A stretch of DNA of 64,000 bases from Rickettsiales bacterium. Lineage in GTDB: Bacteria; Pseudomonadota; Alphaproteobacteria; Rickettsiales; UBA3002. The stretch spans positions 27,388 to 91,387 of the forward strand of contig JBJXEM010000013.1 of the NCBI GenBank assembly GCA_046154225.1. The letters are read 5' to 3'. A model generated the notes under the pieces. It worked only from the letters and a program-made list of their open reading frames with translations, ran no database searches and was not told the origin of the DNA. Positions 1-10,445 of this stretch are shown here, one piece after another. The position numbers were made by a program, and so were the translations under genes. Each line of letters starts with the position of its first letter. The stretch's first letter is position 1.

Positions 1-943
1 GCGTGTTTTGATTACGGGCGGATGCGGCCAGGTTGGCTCACATGTGGCTGAAATGCTGCTTGCACGTGGCGACGAGGTGCTGGCGATCGACAACCTTGAA
101 ACGGGCAGGCCCGAACATTTGCCCCCACAGGCGAACCTTGAACTGGTGATGGGCAGCATCGCCGACAAGAAGCTTGTCGATGAGGCGTTCGAGCGCTTCA
201 AACCGGAGGTGGTGGTGCACACCGCCGCTTCGTACAAAGACCCCGAGGATTATTATTCCGACGCGCTCACCAACGTCGTCGGCATGGCGAATTTAGTGCA
301 AGCCGCTAAGAAAAACGCCGTGAGCCGCTTCATTTATTTCCAGACGGCGCTGTGCTACGGCGTGAAGCCGCTGCAGCAACCCATCACGCTTTCACACCCG
401 CGCTTCCCCAACAACAGCAGTTACGCCATTTCGAAAACCGCGGCCGAGGATTACCTTGAAATCTCGGGCCTCGATTATGTCTCGTTCCGCTTGGCCAACG
501 TAGTGGGCCCGCGCAACACCAGCGGCCCGCTGCCGATTTTCTTCCAACGCCTCAGCGACGGCAAAAAATGCTTCGTCACCAAAGCGCGTCGCGATTTCGT
601 GTTCGTGCGCGACCTCGCCAACAACGTGGTGAAAGCGTGCGACGGTACGGGCAATGGTGCGTATCATTTTTCTTCCGGCACCGATGTGTCGATTATGGAA
701 CTATATAACGAAGTGGTGAAAGCCATGGGCCTCAACCATTACCCCGAGCCCGACGTGCGCGAGCTGGGGCCCGACGATGCGCCTTCCATCCTGCTCGACC
801 CGAGCCGCACGTTCGCCGATTTCGGTGCGATTGCCTTCACCCCACTGGCAGAAACAGTGCGAGCGGCGGTTGCTTACTACCGCGAGTTTGGGGTGGTCGG
901 CGGCTACACCCATCTCAAGCACGACGAAAAGAAAGCCAGCTAA
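1..943 (+). CDS. wbmH: NAD-dependent sugar epimerase/dehydratase (extended SDR), WbmH-like; start codon lies at or just before the window edge
   Basis: Frame is open from base 2 (RVLITGGCGQVG, GxxGxxG); SSYAISK catalytic YxxxK; HTAASYKDP, FQTALCYGVKP and LSDGKKCFVTKARRDF segments match Bordetella WbmH as recalled. Confidence 0.85.
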   Translation, partial: RVLITGGCGQVGSHVAEMLLARGDEVLAIDNLETGRPEHLPPQANLELVMGSIADKKLVDEAFERFKPEVVVHTAASYKDPEDYYSDALTNVVGMANLVQAAKKNAVSRFIYFQTALCYGVKPLQQPITLSHPRFPNNSSYAISKTAAEDYLEISGLDYVSFRLANVVGPRNTSGPLPIFFQRLSDGKKCFVTKARRDFVFVRDLANNVVKACDGTGNGAYHFSSGTDVSIMELYNEVVKAMGLNHYPEPDVRELGPDDAPSILLDPSRTFADFGAIAFTPLAETVRAAVAYYREFGVVGGYTHLKHDEKKAS

Positions 944-1870
944 ATGCGGATATTGATTACCGGTGGCGCGGGGTGCTTGGGCTCGAACCTCATCGAGCAC
1001 TGGCTACCGCAGGGACACGAAATTTTCGTGATCGATAATTTTGCTACCGGCAAACGTGAACTCCTGCCCGCGGTGCGGGGGCTCACTTCGCGCGAGGGCT
1101 CCATCGCCGACGCGGCGTTGGTGGATGCATGCTTTGCGGAGTTTAAGCCCGAACTCGTCATTCATTCCGCCGCGTCGTACAAAAACCCCGACGATTGGGC
1201 CGAGGACATTGCCACCAACGTCACCGGTGCCGCCAACATCGCCCGCGCGGCAGCAACGCATGGTGCGAAACGAATCGTGCATTTCCAGACCAATTTATGC
1301 TTCGGTCGGCCGCAGCAATTGCCGGTGCGAAACGACCACCCATGCGCACCGTTTACGAGTTACGCGATTTCCAAAACGGCGGGTGAACAGCTTTTATTTT
1401 TGGGCGCGGTGCCAACGCTTTCACTTCGGCTCGCCAACGTGACCGGGCCGCGGCTGGCGATTGGGCCCATTCCCACCTTTTACCAGCGCCTGAAAGCGGG
1501 CAAAAGCTGCTTCTGTTCCGACACCGCGCGCGACTTCATGGACATGGCCGATTTTCTTACCTTCATGGACAAAGCCATCGCCTTCGACGCGCCCACCGGC
1601 TGCTTCAACGTGGCGAGCGGGCAAGCGCACAGCATCAAGGAAATTTTCGACCTGGTGGCGGCGTATGTGGATGTCAGCGTGCCGGACGTGCCCATTGTGC
1701 CTCCCGCCGCCGACGATGTGCCGGTGATGATGCTCGACGCCAGCGCCGCGCAACAGGCCTTCGGCTGGGCACCCAAAATCGCATTTGCCGAAATTATTGC
1801 GCGTCAGCTCGCATGGTACGATGCCCACGGCGTGAGCGACGTATTCACCCACCTGAAAGCAGCCGCATGA
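944..1870 (+). CDS. wbmG: Extended SDR sugar-nucleotide reductase, WbmG-like
   Basis: MRILITGGAGCLGSNLIEHWLPQGHE start, YAISK, GPRLAIGPIPTFY; ATG directly follows the upstream TAA. Confidence 0.88.
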   Translation: MRILITGGAGCLGSNLIEHWLPQGHEIFVIDNFATGKRELLPAVRGLTSREGSIADAALVDACFAEFKPELVIHSAASYKNPDDWAEDIATNVTGAANIARAAATHGAKRIVHFQTNLCFGRPQQLPVRNDHPCAPFTSYAISKTAGEQLLFLGAVPTLSLRLANVTGPRLAIGPIPTFYQRLKAGKSCFCSDTARDFMDMADFLTFMDKAIAFDAPTGCFNVASGQAHSIKEIFDLVAAYVDVSVPDVPIVPPAADDVPVMMLDASAAQQAFGWAPKIAFAEIIARQLAWYDAHGVSDVFTHLKAAA

Positions 1871-2946
1871 GCGCCGATTTCGCACAAAGCAGCATTCTCG
1901 TTGTGGGCGGCGCAGGGTTTGTCGGCAGTAATCTGGTGCAGCAATTGCTGCAGCAAAAAGTGCAGCAAATTATCATCGTTGATAATTTATTATCGTCCGA
2001 CCGTAGCAATGTCGCGAATGATTCCCGTGTGAATTTTATCCTCGGTTCCATCGCGGAGGATGCGGTGCTGGCGCAGTTGCCTCGCCGGTTGGACTATGTA
2101 TTCCATCTCGCCTGCTACCACGGTAACCAGTCCTCCATCGCCGACCCGATTGCCGACCATGACAATAACACCTTCACCTCGCTGAAACTTTTTAACCACC
2201 TGCGCGACTACACGGGCCTGAAGAAAGTGGTGTATGCCGCCGCCGCGTGCGCCGTGGCCGAAAAAACCTACGACGCGCCGACCGCCACCACCGAAGAACA
2301 GCCTGTCAGCCTCTACCACGACAGCCCGTATTCGATTTCGAAAATCATCGGCGAATTGTACGGCAATTATTATTATCAGCGCTACCAGTTGCCGTTTGTG
2401 AAAGCGCGATTCGCGAATGTCTATGGCCCTCGTGAGATTTTAGGCGCCGGGCAGTGGCGTGGCACGGTGCACACGGTGTGGCGCAATGTGATTCCGACAT
2501 TCATCTGGCGGGCGCTCGCGGGCGAAGCCTTGCCGCTCGACAATGGCGGCAATGCCAGCCGCGATTTCATTTTCGTGGAAGACATGGCGCGCGGTTTGAT
2601 GGCCTGCGCACTGAAAGGTGCGCCGGGTGAAGTATACAACCTCGCCACGGGCCGCGAAACCACCATCCTCGATCTGGCCACTAAAATTAACGCGCTGACG
2701 GGCAATACAACCCCGCCCGACATTAAACCCGCGCGCGACTGGGACCGTTCAGGCAAGCGCTTTGCGGCTACGGAAAAAGCAAAACGCGAACTTGCATTTA
2801 CCGCCGAAATTACCATCGACACGGGGCTGGCACGCACCGTTGAATGGACAAAAGCAAACGTTGAAAGCATCCGTTGTTGCATATCTCAACACGACGCACA
2901 CATGCCGCAATCTGCTGCAGCGCCTCAGCAAAAGGTAAGCGCGTGA
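1867..2946 (+). CDS. wbmF: Extended SDR, WbmF-like putative 3,5-epimerase
   Basis: ATG 1867 overlaps the upstream TGA (ATGA); VVGGAGFVG, YHGNQSS, YAAAAC (Ala at the catalytic Ser position, Cys retained), YSISK. Confidence 0.85.
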   Translation: MSADFAQSSILVVGGAGFVGSNLVQQLLQQKVQQIIIVDNLLSSDRSNVANDSRVNFILGSIAEDAVLAQLPRRLDYVFHLACYHGNQSSIADPIADHDNNTFTSLKLFNHLRDYTGLKKVVYAAAACAVAEKTYDAPTATTEEQPVSLYHDSPYSISKIIGELYGNYYYQRYQLPFVKARFANVYGPREILGAGQWRGTVHTVWRNVIPTFIWRALAGEALPLDNGGNASRDFIFVEDMARGLMACALKGAPGEVYNLATGRETTILDLATKINALTGNTTPPDIKPARDWDRSGKRFAATEKAKRELAFTAEITIDTGLARTVEWTKANVESIRCCISQHDAHMPQSAAAPQQKVSA

Positions 2947-3746
2947 TCGGCTCGTTGAGGCGCGCATTGCAGCTACTATGGCGTTATCGCCACCGGTTGC
3001 GCGAGGGCGTGACAAGCGATATTCGCATGCGCTATGCTGGCTCGGTCCTTGGCTTTACGTGGGCGCTGCTTTACCCGGTACTACTGCTCAGCATTTACAG
3101 CGTACTGTACCTGATGATTTTTAAAGTCCGGCCAGCAGGGCTCGCGCCTGATGCCTATGTCGTGCTGGTGTTTTCGGGCTTAGTGCCGTTGCTTGCCTTC
3201 AACGAATCGCTGATGGCGGCAACCTCGTCGCTGTTGTCGAATCGCAGCTTGCTACTCAACACTGTGTTCCCGGCCGAGCTGATTCCGTTGCGGGCCATTC
3301 TCGCCGGGCAGTTTCCGTCGCTGATGGGAGTGATCGTCACGGTGATCGGGGCGACATGTTTGGGCCTCACCCATCTATCCGCCATCATTATGGTGCCGCT
3401 ATTATGGGTATTACTTCTCATGTTCGTGACCGGCATCGGCTGGGTGCTGTCGTTGGTGGTGCTGGTAGCGCGCGATATTCAGCAGGCACTCGGTTTGGTG
3501 TTGATGGTGCTGACCATCCTGAGCCCGTTTGCCTACACCCCCGACATGGTGCCCGCTGCCATGAAATTCGTGCTTTATTTTAACCCGCTTTCCTATTTTG
3601 TGCTGAGTTTCCAGCAAGTGATTTGCTATGGCACCTGGCCTAGCTGGGACCTGATGTTAGCCGTACTGGCGCTCGGCGTGGGCAGCTTTACACTGGGCTT
3701 TCGTATGTTCATGAAAACCAAGCACGTGTTTTTCGATTATGCATGA
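2943..3746 (+). CDS. wzm: ABC-2 polysaccharide exporter permease
   Basis: GTG overlaps the upstream TGA; RYAGSVLGFTWALLYP, RDIQQ and NPL motifs; about 6 hydrophobic segments. Confidence 0.9.
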   Translation: MIGSLRRALQLLWRYRHRLREGVTSDIRMRYAGSVLGFTWALLYPVLLLSIYSVLYLMIFKVRPAGLAPDAYVVLVFSGLVPLLAFNESLMAATSSLLSNRSLLLNTVFPAELIPLRAILAGQFPSLMGVIVTVIGATCLGLTHLSAIIMVPLLWVLLLMFVTGIGWVLSLVVLVARDIQQALGLVLMVLTILSPFAYTPDMVPAAMKFVLYFNPLSYFVLSFQQVICYGTWPSWDLMLAVLALGVGSFTLGFRMFMKTKHVFFDYA

Positions 3747-5181
3747 ACCTCTCGCCATTTCGCTCGAACATGTGTCGAAATCCTACCGGCTGTATGGGTC
3801 GCAGCGCGAGCAGTTATGCGACGTGCTGGGGCTCACCCGACTGGGACTTGCGCGCCCTTCGCGCGCGCAGGAATTCAAAGCGCTTGAAGATGTATCGCTG
3901 CAGGTGCCGCGCGGCCACCGTATTGGTATTATCGGCCGAAACGGGGCAGGCAAGACAACGCTACTGAAATTGATTTGTGGCAACTTCGCGCCAAGTGCCG
4001 GAAAGGTCACGGTGAACGGCAGCGTGCAGGCCTTGATGCAGATGGGACTTGGCTTTCATCCCGAATTCACAGGGCTTGAAAACCTGCGCGCCTCACTTCA
4101 GTATAACGGCTTGGCGACCGCCGAATACGAAGCGGCGCTGGCCGACATCATCGCATTTTGCGAACTAGGCGATTTCATCGACCAGCCGTTCAAGACCTAT
4201 TCGCTGGGCATGCAGGCAAGGTTGATGTTTGCGGCAGCCACGGCGATTCGCCCGGATATTCTCATCATCGATGAAGTGCTGGGAGCGGGCGATGCCTATT
4301 TCATCGCCAAATCGCGCCAGCGTGTGGAACGCCTAGTAAATAGCGGCGCAACGATGCTGCTGGTGTCGCACTCAACACAACAGGTGCTGGAATTATGCAA
4401 CGAAGCGATCTGGATGCATGAAGGTAAAATCCGCATGCAGGGCGATGCTTTTTCGGTAGTAAAAGCATATGAAGCGTATATCCATAATCCATCGTTAAGT
4501 AAGGTCGATTCACGGGCGCATGTAGTGCCGCCAAGCGATATACCTGTTATGGTAGATGCGCCATCGCGGCAGGTCGAGCGGCAGGTAGACAGGCCCGCGG
4601 AAATTCAGCTGCAGGATCCCTGTTTTCAACCGCACACCACGCATCCGGCATTCCCTAGTTTGCCCGCAGATGCTTACCGCACGATGCAATTTGAAGCGCT
4701 GGGGGGCATTTCGCGTTGGGAGTGCGACAGGGGCGTGAAGATTACCGGCTTTACAATCCGTAATTCGCGAGGGCAAAATAATGAGTTGCGCACACTCGAG
4801 CCGGTTGCATTTACGCTGTTTACGCAGGCGGAGATTACTGGGACGATTGCCTGCCGCTACGGTATAGCCATCCACGATTATCTCGGAAACTGCGTCACGC
4901 GCATTTTTAGTGCGGCAGATCGTTACGAGGCGATTAAAGGACAGTGCCGGGAAATTACTCTGATGCTCAACCCTAACCAGCTGGGCCCGGGCGATTATAC
5001 GCTCGGCATATCGATTAATAGTGATTTGCCGCTGGAGATGATTAATACTGCGGCGCGCTATGATTTGCTTTCACGCAGTTTTGCGTTTCGCATTGTCTTG
5101 CCCGATTCGCTGAATACTATTTCCTCAGCATTTTTTCATAGCGGCGAGTGGGACATTCGTGTTTTTGAGAGGAGTGAGTAA
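3739..5181 (+). CDS. wzt: Polysaccharide ABC exporter ATPase with C-terminal carbohydrate-binding (Wzt_C-like) domain
   Basis: Walker A GRNGAGKTT, YSLGMQARL signature, ILIIDE Walker B, VSH; ~230-aa C-terminal extension with LGPGDYTLGISI. Confidence 0.92.
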   Translation: MHEPLAISLEHVSKSYRLYGSQREQLCDVLGLTRLGLARPSRAQEFKALEDVSLQVPRGHRIGIIGRNGAGKTTLLKLICGNFAPSAGKVTVNGSVQALMQMGLGFHPEFTGLENLRASLQYNGLATAEYEAALADIIAFCELGDFIDQPFKTYSLGMQARLMFAAATAIRPDILIIDEVLGAGDAYFIAKSRQRVERLVNSGATMLLVSHSTQQVLELCNEAIWMHEGKIRMQGDAFSVVKAYEAYIHNPSLSKVDSRAHVVPPSDIPVMVDAPSRQVERQVDRPAEIQLQDPCFQPHTTHPAFPSLPADAYRTMQFEALGGISRWECDRGVKITGFTIRNSRGQNNELRTLEPVAFTLFTQAEITGTIACRYGIAIHDYLGNCVTRIFSAADRYEAIKGQCREITLMLNPNQLGPGDYTLGISINSDLPLEMINTAARYDLLSRSFAFRIVLPDSLNTISSAFFHSGEWDIRVFERSE

Positions 5182-5183
5182 AC

Positions 5184-6170
5184 ATGGTGCAAAAGGTCAG
5201 TCCGCTGTATCAATCGGAGCCGCTTTCATGGTCTGACGCTATTCCCGTTTTCAGTGCGGCGGATTCATATAACGAGAACTATGCTAAAATTGCGCAGGAT
5301 CATCTCGAAGCAGCAGAGAAGCAGGGTATCGACAACCCGTTCATCTCGGATGCGCTGTGGCGCGAACTGGAGGATTCCACCAAACTTCTCGTCGACAAAT
5401 ATATTCCCGCACACAGCCGCGTGCTGGATGTAGGGGTGGGGCTTGGGCGTGTACTGGAGTCGTATACCCAGCTCGAGCGTTACGGCATCGATATCAGCCT
5501 CGACTACATGGCTATCGCTCAGCGCAAAGGCATTGAAGTGGCTTACGCCCGTATCGAGGATATGCCCTACCACGATGAGGTTTTCGATGCCGCGTTGAGC
5601 TGCGACGTGCTGGAGCATGTGATTGATTTACACGCCTGCTGCATGCAGATAGTGCGCGTTGTTAAGAAAGGTGGCACTATCATTATTCGTGTTCCGCAGG
5701 GCGAGGATATGAATGCCTACCTGACTCCGTCCATTCCCTACCAGTTCGTGCATTTGCGGCGGTTCGATGTGGCTTCACTAAGGCTACTGTTCGAAAAGCT
5801 CTATGGCTGTGAATATATCGAGCATCAGTTTGTTGCCCCTACCTTCACAGGAGCACACACATTGGCGATCCGCACACTGGAAGCGGCCGATCCATTCCGT
5901 GAAACGTTTAAACAGCTGGCAAATGGTGAAAATCAAACCAAAGAATTGTCGCAGCGAATCTGGGGTAAAAGAACCCCAGAGCAACGATCGGATGTTTTCT
6001 GGAAAATTATCCGGCACATGACCGTCTACACCCAGGAAGATATCCATAACAATCTTGGCATCATACGCGACGAATACCCCGAGCTGTACGCGCAGATCAG
6101 ACCGCATTTGGTGCAACCTCTGGAGGTGAATGTGGTGTTTCGGAAAAAAACATCCCCGGTAATGACATGA
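5184..6170 (+). CDS. Class I SAM-dependent methyltransferase
   Basis: VLDVGVGLG motif I, GIDIS, FDAALSCDVLEHV, VKKGG. Confidence 0.85.
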   Translation: MVQKVSPLYQSEPLSWSDAIPVFSAADSYNENYAKIAQDHLEAAEKQGIDNPFISDALWRELEDSTKLLVDKYIPAHSRVLDVGVGLGRVLESYTQLERYGIDISLDYMAIAQRKGIEVAYARIEDMPYHDEVFDAALSCDVLEHVIDLHACCMQIVRVVKKGGTIIIRVPQGEDMNAYLTPSIPYQFVHLRRFDVASLRLLFEKLYGCEYIEHQFVAPTFTGAHTLAIRTLEAADPFRETFKQLANGENQTKELSQRIWGKRTPEQRSDVFWKIIRHMTVYTQEDIHNNLGIIRDEYPELYAQIRPHLVQPLEVNVVFRKKTSPVMT

Positions 6171-8920
6171 GATCAGTTATCACAGTTCCGAGACAGGGGT
6201 TCCTACATGCCGGCAAGCGAGCTAAGCATGTCTTGCTCTTATGTTTTTACGACCCGGCGGGCATCTCAACTGTGCCAGAAACTGTCGCCTGTCTGCAGCA
6301 TTTTTCCCGCTATGCGGTCAGCGTCGTCAATCTGGCTGAAACGCGCGACAAGGACGCTGCGTTCCTCACCTTACCTGCATCGTTCGATCTCTCTCGGTTT
6401 GATGCGCTGTTGATTCATAATTCAGTCTCTTACAACCCCGATAATTTGCGTGCCCTCGACAGCCATATTCGCCTTAAGATAAAAAAATTTCCAGGAGTAA
6501 AACTACTCTTCAAGCAGGATGAAAACTACCGTTTCCGTGAAATCGCCGACTATATCGGTGACGTAAAGTTCGATGCTGTATTCACCTGTCTACCGCCGGA
6601 GGCAATCGATCAAATTTATCCGGCTGAACGTGTCGGTCGGGTGCGTTTTGAACGCATGCTCACCGGCTATGTGACACCGAGGCTGCGGCAATTATCGTGG
6701 CAATTGGCACAGCGGCCCATCGACATTGGTTATCGTGGATCGATTCAGCCGCTGGATTTTGGACGTCTGGCTTACGAAAAGCGCCAAATCGGCGAGGATG
6801 TAACCAAACGGCTATCCAGTAGCGGACTGCATCTTGACATATCGAGCCGCTGGGAGGATCGCTTCGGCGGCGATCAATGGTTCAATTTTCTGGGTCGCTG
6901 CAAAGCAACGCTCGGTGCGGAATCCGGCGCCAGCCTGTTTGATCTGGATGGGGATCTGGCCAGCCGTTGCCAAGCGCTGCGAAGAACGCTTGGGCCAGAG
7001 AGGGAAGATGCCGCTTATGCAGAGTCGTTCCTCGATGGTTTGAGCGATCTTGAGGGTAATGTCGCCTATGCGCAAATCTCGCCGCGCCATTTTGAGGCCG
7101 CGGCAACGGGGACGCTGCAATTACTTTATCCTGGTGAATATTCGGGTATTCTGGTAGCGCATCGGCATTATTTCCCGCTGGCTAGAGATTACAGTAATCT
7201 CGACGAAGCAGTTGCGTTGCTTAGCGATGAAAAGCGCCGACACGAGATGGTCGCCTGCGCTAGAAGTGAGCTGATCGATGCCCCTACCTACAGTATCGAG
7301 CAATTTGCTGCGCGTGTGGATGCCGTGCTGGAAACCTCGTTTCTCAAACAAAGCAGCACTATAAGTGAACGGATTATCTATGATCAAGCCGCCAAGCAGG
7401 TTGTACTTTTGGCGGCACATGAACCAACGTTAGATCCTCGCCTGACGTGGATAGCCCAATGCGCTCCTACCGGCATGAATATCACCCGGCTAGGTGCTCA
7501 CAGGCAGTTCGGTCATAAAACGCAACTGCACTCCTCGCCAGAAGATGGTATTTATCTTACGGCCGAGCGAATTCGATTTGATTCTTCCCTTGAACTTCTG
7601 CTTGCTGGGTCAGTTAGAGCCACTGAAGGGGTCACTGCACTGCACGAACTAATGCGACTGCGACAACTGGCGCTACTGAGTGACAGCGATTTGAGTGATG
7701 TAACAGGAATAGTCATCGACAATCCAAGGCTGGCTGCGCTTAGGTGGCTGATTGGCTACTTCCTCGACACGGCCGCGACGCTACTCACGCAAGCATGGAA
7801 AATTGAGGGTGCACAAGCGTTTATTGCTACAGACTTAGACACGATGATACCCGGACTATTATTAAAAAGCATCTATGGCGTGCCGCTGATTTACGATGCG
7901 CATGAGTATTGGCCTGAAGCCGACCCCGACGCATGTGAGGCGGAAGTGGCGTTTTTTCGTGATCTGGAAGCACGGCTTGTAGGGCTTGCGGATGTTAGGC
8001 AAACTGTTTCGGAGCCGCTGGCCGCTTTGATGAGCGAGCGCTACGGGGTGACGTTTACAGCTGTCCCAAATTGCGAAACATTACAGACCGTTGAGGACGC
8101 ATCATTACGGCATGATATTAATTGTCGGTTTTTGTTTCAGGGGGGTATTGCGCCCTGGCGTGGGCTTGATACGTTGATTTCTGTGTGGCCGCAAACCCTG
8201 CCACAAGCCGAGCTATGGATACGCGGGCCAGACAACGCCTATAAAGAAACTCTTATTCGTCAAGCCGAGGAGACAGGCTTGCTAAATTCGCGTATCTTTT
8301 TCCCTCCCGCCGTGCGCGAGAACGAGCTTATCATTAAAGCGCGCGAAGCCGATGTTGGCCTCATCCCCTATCCGCCGCGTGGCATCAATTATACCTACTG
8401 TTGTCCCAATAAAACGTCGCAATATATGGCAGCCGGATTGCCGATACTTGCCAACGACACAGTCTTTGTACGTTCTATAATAGAGCGATCAAATGCAGGG
8501 CTTGTAGTACGTTTTGAACAGACAAGAGACTTGATTGCTGCAGTAAATAGGCTCACCGAAGACCGCGACGCGCGCCAACGACTTGCTGCTGCAGGACAGT
8601 ACTACTATCGGCATCATTTTCATTGGGAGAAAGTTTCTGAATCTTTTTACCATACACTTTCTCAATGGATGGAGCATGCCCAACCGTGCATATTGCGGAT
8701 CCACAACATAGGCATTACCTCAGATGCAGAAACCTCTACTTTAGCAAAGTCAGGAACAGTCTTTCAACAATGCCTTGGATATGTACGCAGGTTCAAAGTA
8801 ACCCTATTCATCAGAAAGCTTTCAATCATGCTGCTGCAAAAAGTCTGGCATGCACTTCCCTCGAGTACACGACATACTCTTAGACCCCTGGCGGTCTGGG
8901 TCTGCGTGAAGCTAAACTGA
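6167..8920 (+). CDS. Multidomain glycosyltransferase (N-terminal GT-B-like domain plus C-terminal GT4)
   Basis: C-terminal YDAHEY, FQGGIAPWRGL and PNKTSQYMAAGLPIL GT4 motifs; N-terminal ~390 aa paralogous to 9098..10378. Confidence 0.8.
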   Translation: MRSVITVPRQGFLHAGKRAKHVLLLCFYDPAGISTVPETVACLQHFSRYAVSVVNLAETRDKDAAFLTLPASFDLSRFDALLIHNSVSYNPDNLRALDSHIRLKIKKFPGVKLLFKQDENYRFREIADYIGDVKFDAVFTCLPPEAIDQIYPAERVGRVRFERMLTGYVTPRLRQLSWQLAQRPIDIGYRGSIQPLDFGRLAYEKRQIGEDVTKRLSSSGLHLDISSRWEDRFGGDQWFNFLGRCKATLGAESGASLFDLDGDLASRCQALRRTLGPEREDAAYAESFLDGLSDLEGNVAYAQISPRHFEAAATGTLQLLYPGEYSGILVAHRHYFPLARDYSNLDEAVALLSDEKRRHEMVACARSELIDAPTYSIEQFAARVDAVLETSFLKQSSTISERIIYDQAAKQVVLLAAHEPTLDPRLTWIAQCAPTGMNITRLGAHRQFGHKTQLHSSPEDGIYLTAERIRFDSSLELLLAGSVRATEGVTALHELMRLRQLALLSDSDLSDVTGIVIDNPRLAALRWLIGYFLDTAATLLTQAWKIEGAQAFIATDLDTMIPGLLLKSIYGVPLIYDAHEYWPEADPDACEAEVAFFRDLEARLVGLADVRQTVSEPLAALMSERYGVTFTAVPNCETLQTVEDASLRHDINCRFLFQGGIAPWRGLDTLISVWPQTLPQAELWIRGPDNAYKETLIRQAEETGLLNSRIFFPPAVRENELIIKAREADVGLIPYPPRGINYTYCCPNKTSQYMAAGLPILANDTVFVRSIIERSNAGLVVRFEQTRDLIAAVNRLTEDRDARQRLAAAGQYYYRHHFHWEKVSESFYHTLSQWMEHAQPCILRIHNIGITSDAETSTLAKSGTVFQQCLGYVRRFKVTLFIRKLSIMLLQKVWHALPSSTRHTLRPLAVWVCVKLN

Positions 8921-9097
8921 AGCGCTTCTCGCCATTATTGCACGACATTGCGGGCTACGACCGTGCCGCACTTGACGCGCAGTGGGACGAACACCAGCAC
9001 GGTGTCGCAAACCATTCATGGGCGCTGTGGCGTTGGATAAGCCTCACGGAATGGCTAAGCCTGCTGGAGCAGGATTGCTGGAAAAAAGGCATGCCGC

Positions 9098-10378
9098 ATG
9101 TCTGAGCGTCATGTTGCACTACTATGTTTTTACGATCCGGCGGGCGTGCACACCGTGGTCGAAACCATCGCCTACCTGCAATCGCTGTCGCGCCATGGGG
9201 TGCATGTCGTCAATCTGTTCCATGAACGTTTTTCATTCGATGATATTGCCTTAAAACCTACGGTCGATTTCGATCAATATGATGCGATTGTGCTGCACAA
9301 TACGCTCGCCTATAACGTGGAAAACCTGCGCACACTCGATCGTCATTTGCGGGTTAAATTACGCCAGTTCGGCGGCACCAAAATCCTGATGAAGCAGGAC
9401 GAAAATTTCCGTTTCCGCGAGTTGGCGCACTATATCGGCGACACGGGGTTTGACGTTATTTTCACCTGCCTGCCGCCCGAGGCGATCGCACAGGTCTATC
9501 CGCCGCAGCAGGTGGGCAGCCCGCGCTTCATCCGCATGCTCACCGGTTATGTAACGCCCCAGCTGCGAGCCCGCACGGCACCAATCGGCACGCGTCCGGT
9601 CGATATTTTTTATCGCGGATCGGTGCAGCCGCTAAGCTTCGGGCGACTCGCCTATGAGAAACGCTCCATCGGCGAGGAAGTACGAACCCGCCTGTGCGAC
9701 GCTGGACTCGTACTCGATATTTCCAGCCGTTGGGAAGACCGCGTGGCGGGCGAGGCATGGTTTGCGGCATTGGGCAATGCTAAAGTGACGCTGGGCGCTG
9801 AATCCGGCGCCAGCATTTTCGACCTCGACGACACATTGGCTGCGCGCTGTGCACAGGCCGAGCAGGCCCTCGGCCCCATGGATGATAGCGCCACCTATGC
9901 AGAAGCCTATTTGCAATTTTTGGCGCCGCTTGAGAACGACGTGCGTTATCACCAGATCGCCCCGCGGCATTTCGAGGCAGTGGCGATGCGAACAGTGCAA
10001 TGGCTGTTACCCGGCGAATACTCGGGCATTTTGCAACCACACCGCCATTATTTTCCGCTCGCCCGCGATTTCTCTAACCTGCCCGAAGCGCTGGCGCTAC
10101 TGAGTGACCCCGCTCGTTGCGCCGCCATGACCGAGGCCGCTTACCATGAAATCATTCTCAACCCCGACTATGCCATCGAACGCTTTGTCACGATCTTCGA
10201 TGCCGTCATCGCCGAAGGCTGCGCAGCACGCCCGCACCAAGGGTGCACCAGACTTGCACCGCGTGTGTGGCGCATGCGCATTGCTCTCACGCACACGGCT
10301 TTCGTGTTCAGGCGAGCTGCCCTAAAATTGCTCCCACTGGCTCTAAAACGCTGGCTGCATGCGCGCTTTAAAGCATAA
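9098..10378 (+). CDS. Putative glycosyltransferase, paralog of the N-terminal domain of 6167..8920
   Basis: Shared blocks LLCFYDPAG, KQDEN, RMLTGYVTP, FGRLAYEKR, LGAESGAS, PRHFEA, GEYSGIL, HYFPLARD. Confidence 0.7.
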   Translation: MSERHVALLCFYDPAGVHTVVETIAYLQSLSRHGVHVVNLFHERFSFDDIALKPTVDFDQYDAIVLHNTLAYNVENLRTLDRHLRVKLRQFGGTKILMKQDENFRFRELAHYIGDTGFDVIFTCLPPEAIAQVYPPQQVGSPRFIRMLTGYVTPQLRARTAPIGTRPVDIFYRGSVQPLSFGRLAYEKRSIGEEVRTRLCDAGLVLDISSRWEDRVAGEAWFAALGNAKVTLGAESGASIFDLDDTLAARCAQAEQALGPMDDSATYAEAYLQFLAPLENDVRYHQIAPRHFEAVAMRTVQWLLPGEYSGILQPHRHYFPLARDFSNLPEALALLSDPARCAAMTEAAYHEIILNPDYAIERFVTIFDAVIAEGCAARPHQGCTRLAPRVWRMRIALTHTAFVFRRAALKLLPLALKRWLHARFKA

Positions 10379-10445
10379 AGGGCCAGCGTACTCGACAGAC
10401 GTTGAGCCAGCGATACCACTGAATACGGCAAAGACTCTCTTAACG

